Part shown: positions 1 to 9,049 of the stretch, piece after piece
How positions within the stretch are numbered: the first letter of the stretch is position 1
Layout of the letters: each line of letters starts with the position of its first letter
Source of the DNA: Edaphobacter aggregans
GTDB lineage: Bacteria; Acidobacteriota; Terriglobia; Terriglobales; Acidobacteriaceae
Reading direction: 5' to 3'
DNA: 32,000 nucleotides
NCBI RefSeq assembly: GCF_003945235.1
Contig: NZ_RSDW01000001.1
Span: 120,001 to 152,000 of the forward strand
Notes under the pieces: generated by a model
The model's input: the letters and a program-made list of their open reading frames with translations, nothing else
What the model was told of the DNA's origin: nothing
The model's database searches: none
Position numbers and translations under genes: made by a program

Positions 1-511
1 CCGCAAACGCATCCGCCCCGCTCCCAATCAACATCACATGCGGAGAGTTCTCCATCACCGCCCGTGCCAGCGAGATCGGATTCTTCGTCCGAGTCACCCC
101 CGCCACGGCCCCAGCCTTCAACGTAGCCCCATCCATCATCGCCGCGTCCAGCTCATTCTTCCCATCCGCCGTAAACACCGCACCCTTCCCGGCATTGAAC
201 AGCGGATCGTCCTCCATAATCCGGATCGCCGCCTCCACCGCATCCATCGACGAGCCGCCCTTATCCAGAACACTCGCCGCAGCCTGAATCGACCGCGTCA
301 GCGCCGCCCTATAAGCCGCATCCGTCTCCTTGCTCATCGACTTCCGCTCGATCACCCCCGCGCCCCCATGCAGCACCACCGCCCAGCGATGATCGCCCTT
401 CGCCGCAGCAGCCGAAGCAGCCATCACCGTCGTTCCCGGCTGCACCATCACACCTGAAGCCACCAGCCCGACAAACACCAGAAAAGCGCAAATACGCACA
501 TAGCGATTCAT
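1..511 (-). CDS. isoaspartyl peptidase / L-asparaginase (Ntn-hydrolase, Asparaginase_2 family); N-terminal 170 aa, 3' end beyond the window
   Basis: Absent from the ORF track because it runs off the left edge. My reverse-strand translation from the ATG at 511..509 gives MNRYVRICAFLVFVGLVASG (signal-like), then WAVVLHGGAGVIER...DAVEAAIRIMEDDPLFNAGKGAVFTADGKNELDAAMMDGATLKAGAVAGVTRTKNPISLARAVMENSPHVMLIGSGADAFA. This follows the IaaA-type motifs HGGAG, PLFNAG.GAVF, ELDA.MMDG and KAGAVAG. Listed + ORF 38..457 is its R/H-rich antisense. Confidence 0.9.
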   Translation of the reverse strand, partial: MNRYVRICAFLVFVGLVASGVMVQPGTTVMAASAAAAKGDHRWAVVLHGGAGVIERKSMSKETDAAYRAALTRSIQAAASVLDKGGSSMDAVEAAIRIMEDDPLFNAGKGAVFTADGKNELDAAMMDGATLKAGAVAGVTRTKNPISLARAVMENSPHVMLIGSGADAFA

Positions 512-729
512 ACCAACTCCCTCAAAACGTCCAAATGAATCCACGAACCAGCAGTGTAACGCGCATCCTTGCTCTTCCCCACATTCCCGGGCGGCATTCC
601 TTATCTCACGCGGAAACTGTACTCTTTCCCCATTTTCATCTAATGTATTGCCGTACCTTGTTTCCGCCGTTCCGGGCCTGAGTGAAGCGCGACCGCGTTC
701 CCCAAAATCTCTAGGAAGGTATATCCATC

Positions 730-1431
730 ATGAAGAAAACCGCATTGCTCACATTGCTTTGCATGAGTGCGACCCTCCCGGCCCTGGCGCAAACCAAATT
801 CGACGAACGCCTGGGCACCTCAACCGAAGTGCTCCGCCAAATGCTCGCCAGAACCGACGCCATTCCAAGAGATCTGCTTAACGAGGCGAGATGCGTCATG
901 GTTTATCCCAACGTTAAAAAAGTAGGCGTCGGCCTGGGCGTAACCTACGGTCGAGGCGTACTCACCTGCCGCACTGGCCCCCACATGCAGGGCGAGTGGA
1001 GCGCTCCCGCGATGTACACCATGGATGTCGGCAGCTTGGGTGTGCAACTGGGCAGTTCCTCAACCGATTTTGTATTGCTCGTTATGAGCCAGCAGGGCGC
1101 GGACAAAGTTCTCGCTGGCGGGTTGAAGCTTGGCGCGGACGCCACGGCCATCGCTGGTCCATCGGGGGCCAGGGCAATCGGACACAACGACGTTAACGCG
1201 GATATCTACACCTACTCCAGGGCAAAAGGCGGCCTGTTCGCTGGAACCTCCTTAGGGACCGCATCCATGAAGTCCGACGATACCGCGAATAAGAATATTT
1301 ACGGCAGGCCTGTCGATGTACAGCAAATTGTCCGCGACGGCGCTGTTACCACTACGGCAGCAGGACAACCTCTGATCGATGTCCTGGAAAAGAATATCCC
1401 GGGAAGAGAAGAGACTCATAAACACAAGTAA
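730..1431 (+). CDS. secreted SYLF (Ysc84/DUF500) lipid-binding domain protein
   Basis: Signal peptide MKKTALLTLLCMSATLPALAQ. SYLF core: WSAPAMYTMDVGSLGVQLGSSSTDFVLLVMS, LKLGADATAIAGPSGARA, ADIYTYSRAKGGLFAGTSLG. Confidence 0.85.
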   Translation: MKKTALLTLLCMSATLPALAQTKFDERLGTSTEVLRQMLARTDAIPRDLLNEARCVMVYPNVKKVGVGLGVTYGRGVLTCRTGPHMQGEWSAPAMYTMDVGSLGVQLGSSSTDFVLLVMSQQGADKVLAGGLKLGADATAIAGPSGARAIGHNDVNADIYTYSRAKGGLFAGTSLGTASMKSDDTANKNIYGRPVDVQQIVRDGAVTTTAAGQPLIDVLEKNIPGREETHKHK

Positions 1432-1727
1432 GTTCAGTAAAGCGGTGCACTCTGCATTGGGTTGGATGTCGTCAATCAAGACCGTCCAACCCTTTTAATT
1501 CCTGATTCGACAGAAAGCACCAATCACTTCCCTGCCAACTCAAGCCCAACGAGACCGTCTGGTGTACGCACGGCTGCGACCAGATGCGATGAAGTTATCG
1601 GTCATCAACTGGTGTCCGTAAGACATTTATTTCCCATAATTTGCAAAGTCTTTCATCTTGCGGTGAGGGCAGGAACGGGGTACGCTTGGCCACTTCCCCT
1701 AATCTCGAAGTTCGGAGTTTTTGGCCT

Positions 1728-2408
1728 ATGATCGTCAACTTAAGTAAGTGGATCACTGCTTCACTCCTTGCCGTGGCTTTGCTCACCTCTAACCCAGCGC
1801 ATGCAGACAGCATCTGCACTGGCATCGCTGGCAACCTAGTCGCGAATTGTGGCTTCGAAAACGGATCCTCCGCTGGTCCGAATAGTTCAACCACCCCTGT
1901 GGGATGGACTGTAACTAACCCTTTCACCTATGAACAAGTCGTCAATTCTGCCTCGCTCGTCAACAGCGGGTCGTATGCGTATCGATTCGGGAATTTCGAG
2001 TCTCAGGGAGCTGCCACCATCGCGCAAACCATCACCGATATCGCAGGGGACGACTATACCTTCAGCTTTTTCCTTTTGAATGAGGCGGGCGGCGAATCTC
2101 CCAATGTTCAGGTCCAGGCCTTCTGGGATTCGACCTCCGGAACCCCCTTACTTTCGTTGACAAACACAGCTCAACCGAGCTCCTACACCAAGTACTCGTT
2201 TACCGTTCTCGGTACGGGATCCGACACGATCACCTTCAGCGCCTACAACGATCCTGCGGAGTTCTATCTGGATGACGTCTCGGTCGTCGATGCTGGTCCA
2301 TCTGTCCCGCCAACCCCATCCGCCGTACCGGAGCCATCAAGCCTTGCGCTACTTGTCACGGGGATCCTGGGAGCTGCGGGCACGATCCGTCGGCGCCTGG
2401 TTGCTTAG
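1728..2408 (+). CDS. PEP-CTERM sorting-domain protein with an N-terminal beta-sandwich (CBM-like) domain
   Basis: Track ORF 1641..2408; the likely start is ATG 1728 (MIVNLSKWITASLLAVALLTSNPAHA signal peptide). The C-terminus VPEPSSLALLVTGILGAAGTIRRRLVA is a PEP motif, a TM helix and a basic tail. The N-terminal region (NCGFENGS...GW...FYLDDVSV) resembles a carbohydrate-binding beta-sandwich (inference). Confidence 0.85.
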   Translation: MIVNLSKWITASLLAVALLTSNPAHADSICTGIAGNLVANCGFENGSSAGPNSSTTPVGWTVTNPFTYEQVVNSASLVNSGSYAYRFGNFESQGAATIAQTITDIAGDDYTFSFFLLNEAGGESPNVQVQAFWDSTSGTPLLSLTNTAQPSSYTKYSFTVLGTGSDTITFSAYNDPAEFYLDDVSVVDAGPSVPPTPSAVPEPSSLALLVTGILGAAGTIRRRLVA

Positions 2409-2435
2409 ACAGTTTCGTTCAAACCCAATAGAGAA

Positions 2436-2460
2436 GGCCACTCAGCCGGAGTGGCCCTTT
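2436..2460. terminator. hairpin between convergent genes (possible bidirectional terminator)
   Basis: GGCCACTC (2436..2443), loop AGCCG, GAGTGGCC (2449..2456) forms a perfect 8-bp stem followed by CTTT. It lies between the stops of the PEP-CTERM gene (2408) and the SDR gene (2495). Confidence 0.55.
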
Positions 2461-2494
2461 CCATCGCCTCACTAGTTTAATCCATGATGAAGTT

Positions 2495-3448
2495 TCACCT
2501 GTTGTCTGGGCGATAGCCCTCCAGCGTCAACTTCAATCCCTCCGCATAACTCGTCCTGTGCACCGAGCCGAGCAGTCCAACCAACGCGCTGTCATCCAGC
2601 AACACTGGCGTCGTCAGTAGGTAGTTCATCTCCACCAGTTCGCGCATAACCGGCTGAAACAGCCCCATCACCCAAAGCATCGTCTTGCCCGCGACAAGAG
2701 TCTTCGGCTTGCGCCCAGCCATCGCAAACACCTCATCCACAATCTCCCGCTGAGTCATCACACCCGATCCGGCAAAGTGCCACCATCTCCCATAGGCCTC
2801 CGGCTTCGCTGCAAGATCTAGAACCACCGGTCCAACATCCGGCACATAAACAAACTGATGCGGCGTATCGATCGGACCCAGCATATTCGCAGTACCACCC
2901 TTCTTCGCCGCTACCTCGAACAACGAGTGCAGATAGCTCTTCTCGGTCCGTGGCCCATAGAAGTCAGGAAGCCGCAAAATCGTCCCCTGAATCTTTCCCT
3001 CCGCATGAGCCTTCAGCAGTACCTCCTCCTGCGCCTTCCGCATCTTGCCCTTGTACGTATGCGGATCACGAGGATGCGTCTCCGTCACAGGAGTCGTCAC
3101 CGGCATTCCATACGGATAAACTGTCCCAACCAGGACCAGCCGCTCAACCCCTTCCGCAATCGCTCCGTCCAAAGTCTTCTGCATCACCAAAGGATGTAGC
3201 TCAAACTTGTCATAAGGAACTCCCACCAGATAGATCAGTGTCCCTACGCCGCGCGCCGCCGCTCGCACCGACCCCGGATCATCCGGATTCCACGTAACGA
3301 TCTCCGCCAGCGGATCACCTCCGAAAGTCTTCTCCAACTCCCCACGATTGCGCCCCACCACGCGATACTCAATCCCCCGCGCCCGAAGCGCATCAGCGAT
3401 ACTCTTCCCCACCGCACCTGCAGCACCAAACAAAGCAATCTTCTTCAT
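2495..3448 (-). CDS. NAD(P)-binding epimerase/dehydratase-family (atypical SDR) oxidoreductase
   Basis: 317 aa. N-terminal Rossmann motif MKKIALFGAAGAVGKSIADAL and an extended-SDR-like body (YPYG...THPRDPHTYKGKMRKAQEE). Confidence 0.85.
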   Translation of the reverse strand: MKKIALFGAAGAVGKSIADALRARGIEYRVVGRNRGELEKTFGGDPLAEIVTWNPDDPGSVRAAARGVGTLIYLVGVPYDKFELHPLVMQKTLDGAIAEGVERLVLVGTVYPYGMPVTTPVTETHPRDPHTYKGKMRKAQEEVLLKAHAEGKIQGTILRLPDFYGPRTEKSYLHSLFEVAAKKGGTANMLGPIDTPHQFVYVPDVGPVVLDLAAKPEAYGRWWHFAGSGVMTQREIVDEVFAMAGRKPKTLVAGKTMLWVMGLFQPVMRELVEMNYLLTTPVLLDDSALVGLLGSVHRTSYAEGLKLTLEGYRPDNR

Positions 3449-3692
3449 GTATCTCCTGTCCTACGAATAGATGACTCCTTCATAAGGACGACTCATAACA
3501 AAGTCCTCCAAATCAATACAAGGCAAGCCCCTGCCCCCGATTCACTCCATGTTCTTCCTCCTTTGTCCGCGGTCGTACCTTCTTCAGCACTCCGCAATAC
3601 CACCCGCACCCGAGTCGATGAATCCGTCGTCAGATGGTATACTTGTCTTCGGATTGCTCACCGCTACCCCGCACTTGTGTGCAGGGCTCAAC

Positions 3693-3777
3693 GCGGAGGT
3701 GGCGAAATTGGCAGACGCACTAGCTTGAGGTGCTAGCGCCGCAAGGCATAGGGGTTCAAGTCCCCTCCTCCGCACCA
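3693..3777 (+). tRNA. tRNA-Leu (anticodon GAG), type II with long variable arm, CCA encoded
   Basis: Hand-folded cloverleaf. Acceptor GCGGAGG/CCTCCGC; D arm GCG-AAATTGGCAGA-CGC; anticodon stem CTAGC/GCTAG with loop TTGAGGT (GAG); variable arm CGCCGCAAGGCAT (GCC-GCAA-GGC); T arm AGGGG-TTCAAGT-CCCCT; discriminator A plus CCA. Total 85 nt. Confidence 0.95.
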
Positions 3778-3800
3778 ATCCAAAGAATCAATAAGATGCG

Positions 3801-3834
3801 AGAAGGTCAGCCCTCGGTGGCTGGCCTTCTTTTT
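3801..3834 (+). terminator. rho-independent terminator downstream of tRNA-Leu
   Basis: AGAAGGTCAGCC (3801..3812), loop CTCGGT, GGCTGGCCTTCT (3819..3830) forms a 12-bp stem with one G-U pair, followed by TTTT. Confidence 0.8.
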
Positions 3835-3899
3835 GCCCACTGTAACCATTATTGTAACCATTGCGTTCCCTTTTCTCTTTTCAAAAACACACCTCTACT

Positions 3900-4679
3900 G
3901 GGTGGTCGGACGGCGGCCTGGAGATAGGGACGCTCCAGGCCATCCTGAAACGCTCCGGCCAAGGAGCGCGGCTGCAACCGGATGTGAAGATGCTGCCGAC
4001 ACGGGAAGACGTGGGACGGGCGATTACCGCGGAAGAGGAGCGGCCCTCTTACAGGCTTGCGGGAAGTCCCGTTCTCGTTCGCTCGTTCCGCTTGTGACGC
4101 TGGCAATCGAGACGGGAGCGCGGTTTGGAGTGGTTCGGACGCTGCAATGGGGGAGCGTTGATTTCGAGAACCGTTGCCTCCGTTGGGGGAGGGACAAGAT
4201 GGCTTCCGGCACAGGCCGAATCCTCCGCTAAACCAGTGTGCGATGGCCTCCCTTGGCTTCTGGGCAACTCGTTTCCCGGAGCCCAAGGACAGGGGACACT
4301 ACGTCTTCCCCTCGGAGGCGTTACGGGGCCGCTGGTGACAAGTTCTGTGCTAAGGCATACGACCCAGACCCAACCAAGCCAATCGGGAGCATCAAGGAAT
4401 CCGGGGATGCTACAAAGTTGAGAGCAGCGCGGATCTTAGAGGGAGACGTATTCCACGGGGAAGAGTGTTCCGCAACCCTGCCGATTCCATGACCTACGGC
4501 ACACCGCCGTGTCGCGGATGCTGACTGCCGGGATTCCTATCGCCAAAGTTGTAAAGGTCGGCGGATGGAGCACGGCGACAATGGTACGAATGGCTGGCCG
4601 TTATGGGTACTTCCCTTTGAATGAGTTGCGGGGTGCTGTGGAAAGCATCAGCACAACAATTCAAACGGAGTACCCGTAA
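3900..4679 (+). pseudogene. tyrosine recombinase / phage-type integrase, 5'-truncated with multiple frameshifts
   Basis: Integrase-like sequence is spread over all three + frames. Frame 0: DVKMLPTREDVGRAITAEEE. Frame 2: ALLQACGKSRSRSLVPLVTLAIETGARFGVVRTLQWGSVDFENRCLRWGRDK. Frame 1: HYVFPSEA. Frame 2: YGAAGDKFCAKAYDPDPTKPIGSIKE..KLRAA. Frame 0: CRFHDLRHTAVSRMLTAGIPIAKVVKVGGWSTATMVRMAGRYGY, stop at 4677..4679. Frame changes fall near 4040, 4220, 4318 and 4440. The gene lies directly 3' of tRNA-Leu. Confidence 0.85.
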
Positions 4680-4736
4680 ATTCACCGCTCTCGGAAGCGG
4701 CTGCCGGAGAGGGTCGCCCTAACTGATTTGAAAGAA

Positions 4737-4785
4737 TGGCTCCTGAGGTAGGACTCGAACCCTACAACCCTTCGGTTAACAGCCG
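4737..4785 (-). pseudogene. tRNA-Asn(GUU)-like 3' fragment (anticodon loop to CCA), possible att remnant
   Basis: The reverse complement reads CGGCTGTTAACCGAAGGGTTGTAGGGTTCGAGTCCTACCTCAGGAGCCA. It contains the anticodon loop CTGTTAA, T arm GTAGG/CCTAC with a TTCGAG-type loop (one extra nt) and acceptor 3' strand CTCAGGA-G-CCA. I could not find a D arm or a matching 5' acceptor strand upstream, so it is not a complete tRNA. Confidence 0.5.
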
Positions 4786-5019
4786 TCGAGCTGGCGGCTT
4801 GCCGGGTACTATCTGTCGCTATAAGCTGCTATTCATCCGATATTTACGGCCGTTTGTTGATAATGTTCTTTACTACTCATGCTGCCTGTTTTACTACCAG
4901 TTCCTGAGTTTTGTGCGCTTCATTGATCTCACAAATGTAAGAATTTTCGAAGTCGCTGGCCTCGATGGCCTCGCTCCTGTGCCGATGCCCCGGCGGCTAA
5001 TACCCAGCGACCAATAGTT

Positions 5020-5214
5020 GTCGCACAAGCCGACGAGGAACGGATTGAAACCTTGGTCAAAGCGGTCCGTGCTCGCAATAACGCGCTCCTGCTTGGAGCG
5101 GACGGACCACAGCTTGATGTCGAGCTTACTATCGTCGAAATCAACTGATTCAAGCGCAAGACTCAGGATCCGGCCGCCGATCCGCATTGTCGAAGTACCT
5201 GTGAACCTCTAGCG
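5020..5214 (-). pseudogene. tyrosine recombinase internal fragment
   Basis: The reverse-strand frame reads (stop)RFTGTSTMRIGGRILSLALESVDFDDSKLDIKLWSVRSKQERVI. This matches the integrase pattern TG.R.GE.L.L....VDFD...L.I....K..R.I, but no N- or C-terminal domains are present (part of track ORF 4894..5187). Confidence 0.5.
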
Positions 5215-5292
5215 CGCGTACCGCGATTTTTGGCATTTTCTCTAACATTCTGCCTAGTGGTCAAAGTTTTTGCGACGGGTCATGATGGACGA

Positions 5293-6027
5293 ATGAGCCT
5301 CTCTCCTATCGATGCGCTCCCACTGTTCTTCGCCATGCTTCTTCTAATTGAGCTGGGTCGAAGGTTGCATGCCCGATCTCCCCATCAGAAGTCCAACTCT
5401 GCTATCGAAGGCGCGATCTTCGGGCTTTTCGGTCTGCTTCTTGCCTTCACCTTTTCCGGAGCTATCGCCCGCTACGACACCCACCGCAAGCTTGTGATTG
5501 AAGAGGTCAACGATATCGGCACTGCATACCTCCGTCTCGACCTCCTGCCGAGAGAACTCCAACCCGAATTTCGAGATAAGTTCCGCGATTATGTCACCTC
5601 CCGACTTGACCGTTTCGATTCTCCGACGAATATGCCCGTCAGCGAAGAAACCGTTCGTCTTCAAAAGATCATTTGGGCAAAGGCAATCGCGGCAACTACA
5701 ACCAGCGACGGTCACTCGGAGGGAGGAAGGCTGCTTCTCCCTGCCCTGAATCAAATGTTCGAGATCACCATTACTCGCAAGAACGCCTTCGATATGCACC
5801 CACCCCTGATTGTTTACCTACTACTTTTTGCACTCAGCTGCGGCTGCGCTCTTTTTGCCGGTTACAACATGACTGACCCCCACCGAAATTTGCTTCATAT
5901 CATTGCCTTCGCCGCTGTCTTTTCTCTGACCATTTATGCCACTCTCGAGATCGAATATCCTCGCAAGGGCCTGATCCGCCTCTCGAACACTGATCAAGCG
6001 TTCATTGATCTCCGTAACTCGATGTAG
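5293..6027 (+). CDS. DUF4239-like (bestrophin-like) membrane protein
   Basis: Track ORF 5230..6027 uses a TTG start; ATG 5293 (MSLSPIDALPLFFAMLLLIELGRRL) is more likely. The family-like core is IEGAIFGLFGLLLAFTFSGAIARYDTHRKLVIEEVNDIGTAYLRLDLLP, with two further C-terminal TM helices. Confidence 0.7.
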   Translation: MSLSPIDALPLFFAMLLLIELGRRLHARSPHQKSNSAIEGAIFGLFGLLLAFTFSGAIARYDTHRKLVIEEVNDIGTAYLRLDLLPRELQPEFRDKFRDYVTSRLDRFDSPTNMPVSEETVRLQKIIWAKAIAATTTSDGHSEGGRLLLPALNQMFEITITRKNAFDMHPPLIVYLLLFALSCGCALFAGYNMTDPHRNLLHIIAFAAVFSLTIYATLEIEYPRKGLIRLSNTDQAFIDLRNSM

Positions 6028-6170
6028 CGCCCTGTCGGCCCGCCGGGAAATGACTTGAGATTCCAATCTGCGATATTAGATACATCTTTAGATCACCCAA
6101 CTTAGCGCAACGTTTTGTTTTCTATGGCGTGTGAACGTATCGGTGTTGGCAGATTACGCCACAACGTCCG

Positions 6171-6542
6171 TCACACTGATGGCAGGGTTACCTTTGCTTC
6201 CCATTGCCGGTCTCGTATAGCTGACATCCATGTAAGTTGAGTAGGGCCTTTGGCATGGATGAGCACCTTAACGGCGGAGGCCAAGCGATGGGTCAGTAGA
6301 CACTCGAGGTCAAGAAAAAATACGCGCAGTCCTTCAACATACCGAGTGCGACCATCCCCCAGCGTGCGGAACTCGAGGAAATCGACACGGTTGGATTCAT
6401 CGTCGAATCCAAGACTGACCTCCGCTGGACTCAGGTGATAGACATGCTTGGCGTACTTCGCATCGAAACGCTGTAGGCCGAGCTGCAGAGAACTGCTCGC
6501 GAAACTCCAGGGAGACGTCCGCCATGCTCTTAGCGGACGCAA
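6171..6542 (-). CDS. hypothetical protein, possibly frameshifted at its 5' end
   Basis: The 123-aa ORF starts at TTG with an unnatural-looking N-terminus (MRPLRAWRTSPW). A neighbouring frame holds a more natural start, ATG at 6525..6523 (MADVSLEFREQFSAA...), which ends after about 40 codons. The body (HVYHLSPAEVSLGFDDESNRVDFLEFRTLGDG) looks protein-like. I recognise no family. Confidence 0.3.
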   Translation of the reverse strand: MRPLRAWRTSPWSFASSSLQLGLQRFDAKYAKHVYHLSPAEVSLGFDDESNRVDFLEFRTLGDGRTRYVEGLRVFFLDLECLLTHRLASAVKVLIHAKGPTQLTWMSAIRDRQWEAKVTLPSV

Positions 6543-6706
6543 ACTAACTAACCGGATGTTGGCAGAGGTTCGGGGATGGCAGAGGCATCCGCAAGCGATC
6601 GGCGCCGTGTTGGCTATCGCTGCGAGTTCACGTCGCCGCTTCCATTAACGAGCACCCCCTTCTTTTGATCCCTCGTAAAGCCACGCTCCTTTTCGATTTC
6701 TTTTTG

Positions 6707-8935
6707 TTATCTGAACCCCTCAGCCAGAACCAGTTCGCTGCTTAGGGCGATTGCCTGAGTGTAGAGAATCGATTTGCGGTCGGGGGAGACGGCGAATCCG
6801 AAATAGCCTTCACGGATCGGTGCGATCACGTCGATCTTGCCAGAGGCCGAGTTGAGGAGCTCAATCGCGAAGCCGCGCCCGGTCCTGGTTACGAAGTAGA
6901 CGCCGTCATCGATGATGGCAAAGTTCCAGCGAGTGACCGTCGGCAGAACCCGCGTCTGCGAACCACCGCCAACAGGCATCCTCCACAGGCTGGCGTCAGT
7001 GCCTTCGCCCGCGAAGTACAGCCATTTGCCATCGGGCGATTCAGAACAAGCTAATCCACCACTGCTCGTTACCTGAACCGCCTGCCCGCCACTCGAAGGC
7101 ATCTTCCAAATCTGAGATGTCCCACTTTTTTTAGAGGAGAAGTAAATCCATTCACCATTTCGCGACCAACTAGGGAACATTGCGCCGGAGCTTTCAGACG
7201 TGAGACGGCGCGTGGCTCCGCCCCCTGTCGGAATAACATAGATTTGCGGTTTGCCGTCGATGTTGGTGTAGAACGCAATCTGTTTTCCGTCGGGAGACCA
7301 CGTGGGCACGCCTGTGGCACTAGCGCCAATTGAGGTCAGTTGCGTGCAGTCCTGCCCTTTGCTGCTGCAAACCCATATCTCAAGGTTACCGCTTTGACTC
7401 GACTCGAATGCAACCTTCGTGCCGTTAGGAGAATACTGCTGGGCAAAGCCTCCTCCAAGAGAGGTCAGCAGTTTTGTCGGAGGTTCAGGTTTCTGGTGCG
7501 CCGAAGGGATCTGCATCCGCCAGATATTCTGACCGCCTCCGCTCACCAAAGCGTAAGCCAGTCGGGCTGAAGCGCGAGAAACAGTTAGCCAGTGGACTCC
7601 ACCTCCAGTTTCGATTGCCATTGTTGCCTGAGTGCGGATTGGGGTCCGACTTCCCACCGAAACCGGAGCCGTCCAGAGCCCGAGACCGTAAGGAAAGAGC
7701 AACCGCCGACTATCTGCTGTCCACACTACGCACGACCAATCAAATATATGATTCTGAAGTACTGGGCCAGGTTCGGGAGTTACCTGTCGTGGGTCGCCGC
7801 GAGGTTTCAAGTCGTTGTCGAGCTCAAGCACGTAGATCCCTCCCGTCCACTGACCCGCGGTGTTGGCGCGGCGGAAAGCGAGCGCCGTGCCATCGGGGGG
7901 GACGGCGACGCAAGAATCGCCAAAAACGCCGGACGGAGGAAAGGTCAGTTGCTGCTTTTCGCCTGTGCGCGTCGAGAGAAGATAGAGGGCCGTCGGATGC
8001 TCGGGCGATGGTTGGTCGGTAATGACTAGCGACTGATTGTCGGGCATCCATGCAAGGTAGGGTGCGATCAACCATCCAGTCTCCGGAATCGAAACATCTG
8101 CCAGCTCCCGTTCCGGACCGCCCAGAGCCGGTATCAAAAGAACTTTGAACTGGTTCTCTGGGTTGATCTTTCGCAGGAAGGCAATTGAGCTTCCGTCGGG
8201 TGACCACACTGGATCGATGTCGTCGGCTGGGTCGGTGGTAAGCCGTAAGGGAGGAACTGCCCCCGCAGTTCCGGCCGCCGCGGTCTTCACATAGATGTCA
8301 AAGTTTCCCTCGTCGGGCCCATTCCATGAAAATGCTACCTGGCTACCATCCGGAGATAGGGACGGATGCTGTGCAATGCCTGGGTAAGTGGTAAGCGGAA
8401 TGAGTCTGACGGACACGGCCGCCTGTGCGCGGCGGTGTTGTCTCTGCCAGAACCATCCGAAAACCGCAGCGAAAACGGCGCATGCCGCGAGCGCGGCGAT
8501 GATTGCGATTCTCCGACCAGGTGTTACGAGCGTAGCAGGCGTTGTTTGAGCCACTTGCATGGATGCCGAGGGCGCTGCATTGGCCGTCCACGGTACGGCG
8601 AAACCATCTTCGGTGACCTGGACATCGCAGATGAAGCGATACCCAATGGTGGGGACGGTGGCGATGAAGCGCGGTTCATGGATGTCGTCACCGAGCATTC
8701 GCCGCAGAATCGCAACACTTCGCGTGAGGGAGCTTTCGGAGACGGAGCAGTCGTTCCAGACCGCGTTCAGAAGTTCGTCTTTCGTCACTACACGGTCTGC
8801 ATGGTGCAGCAGAAATTGCAGAACCCTAAAGACTTTCGGCTCGACGGCCAACACTTCTCCCGCCTTGACCACTGAAAAATTCCGCTCGTGAACCTCCACG
8901 TCCGCAAACCGAAAGATGCAGCCCTGATCTTCCAT
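6707..8935 (-). CDS. CadC/OmpR-type winged-helix transcriptional regulator fused through one TM helix to a TolB-like (PD40/WD40) beta-propeller
   Basis: 742 aa. The N-terminus (FRFADVEVHERNFSVVKAGEVLAVEPKVFRVLQFLLHH...VVTKDELLNAVW...SLTRSVAILRRMLGDD...FIATVPTIGYRF) is a trans_reg_C domain. The TM helix is IAIIAALAACAVFAAVFGWFW. Repeated SPDG..IAF / SWSP DGK motifs are typical of TolB-type propellers. Confidence 0.9.
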   Translation of the reverse strand: MEDQGCIFRFADVEVHERNFSVVKAGEVLAVEPKVFRVLQFLLHHADRVVTKDELLNAVWNDCSVSESSLTRSVAILRRMLGDDIHEPRFIATVPTIGYRFICDVQVTEDGFAVPWTANAAPSASMQVAQTTPATLVTPGRRIAIIAALAACAVFAAVFGWFWQRQHRRAQAAVSVRLIPLTTYPGIAQHPSLSPDGSQVAFSWNGPDEGNFDIYVKTAAAGTAGAVPPLRLTTDPADDIDPVWSPDGSSIAFLRKINPENQFKVLLIPALGGPERELADVSIPETGWLIAPYLAWMPDNQSLVITDQPSPEHPTALYLLSTRTGEKQQLTFPPSGVFGDSCVAVPPDGTALAFRRANTAGQWTGGIYVLELDNDLKPRGDPRQVTPEPGPVLQNHIFDWSCVVWTADSRRLLFPYGLGLWTAPVSVGSRTPIRTQATMAIETGGGVHWLTVSRASARLAYALVSGGGQNIWRMQIPSAHQKPEPPTKLLTSLGGGFAQQYSPNGTKVAFESSQSGNLEIWVCSSKGQDCTQLTSIGASATGVPTWSPDGKQIAFYTNIDGKPQIYVIPTGGGATRRLTSESSGAMFPSWSRNGEWIYFSSKKSGTSQIWKMPSSGGQAVQVTSSGGLACSESPDGKWLYFAGEGTDASLWRMPVGGGSQTRVLPTVTRWNFAIIDDGVYFVTRTGRGFAIELLNSASGKIDVIAPIREGYFGFAVSPDRKSILYTQAIALSSELVLAEGFR

Positions 8936-9049
8936 ATATCCCTCGTAAAACCATCATCGGTTTCTAGGGGAATGAGAGGAAATCCGTAAAGACCATGCGA
9001 AGCCGTAAGCGGAGAGTTCACTCAGCCAACCAGGTTGAGGTGATCTCCG

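Noticed and set aside
38-457. 139-aa + ORF, very rich in R/H/P
   Set aside because: Antisense of the clearly recognisable isoaspartyl peptidase gene on the minus strand. Its composition is typical of a GC-rich antisense frame.
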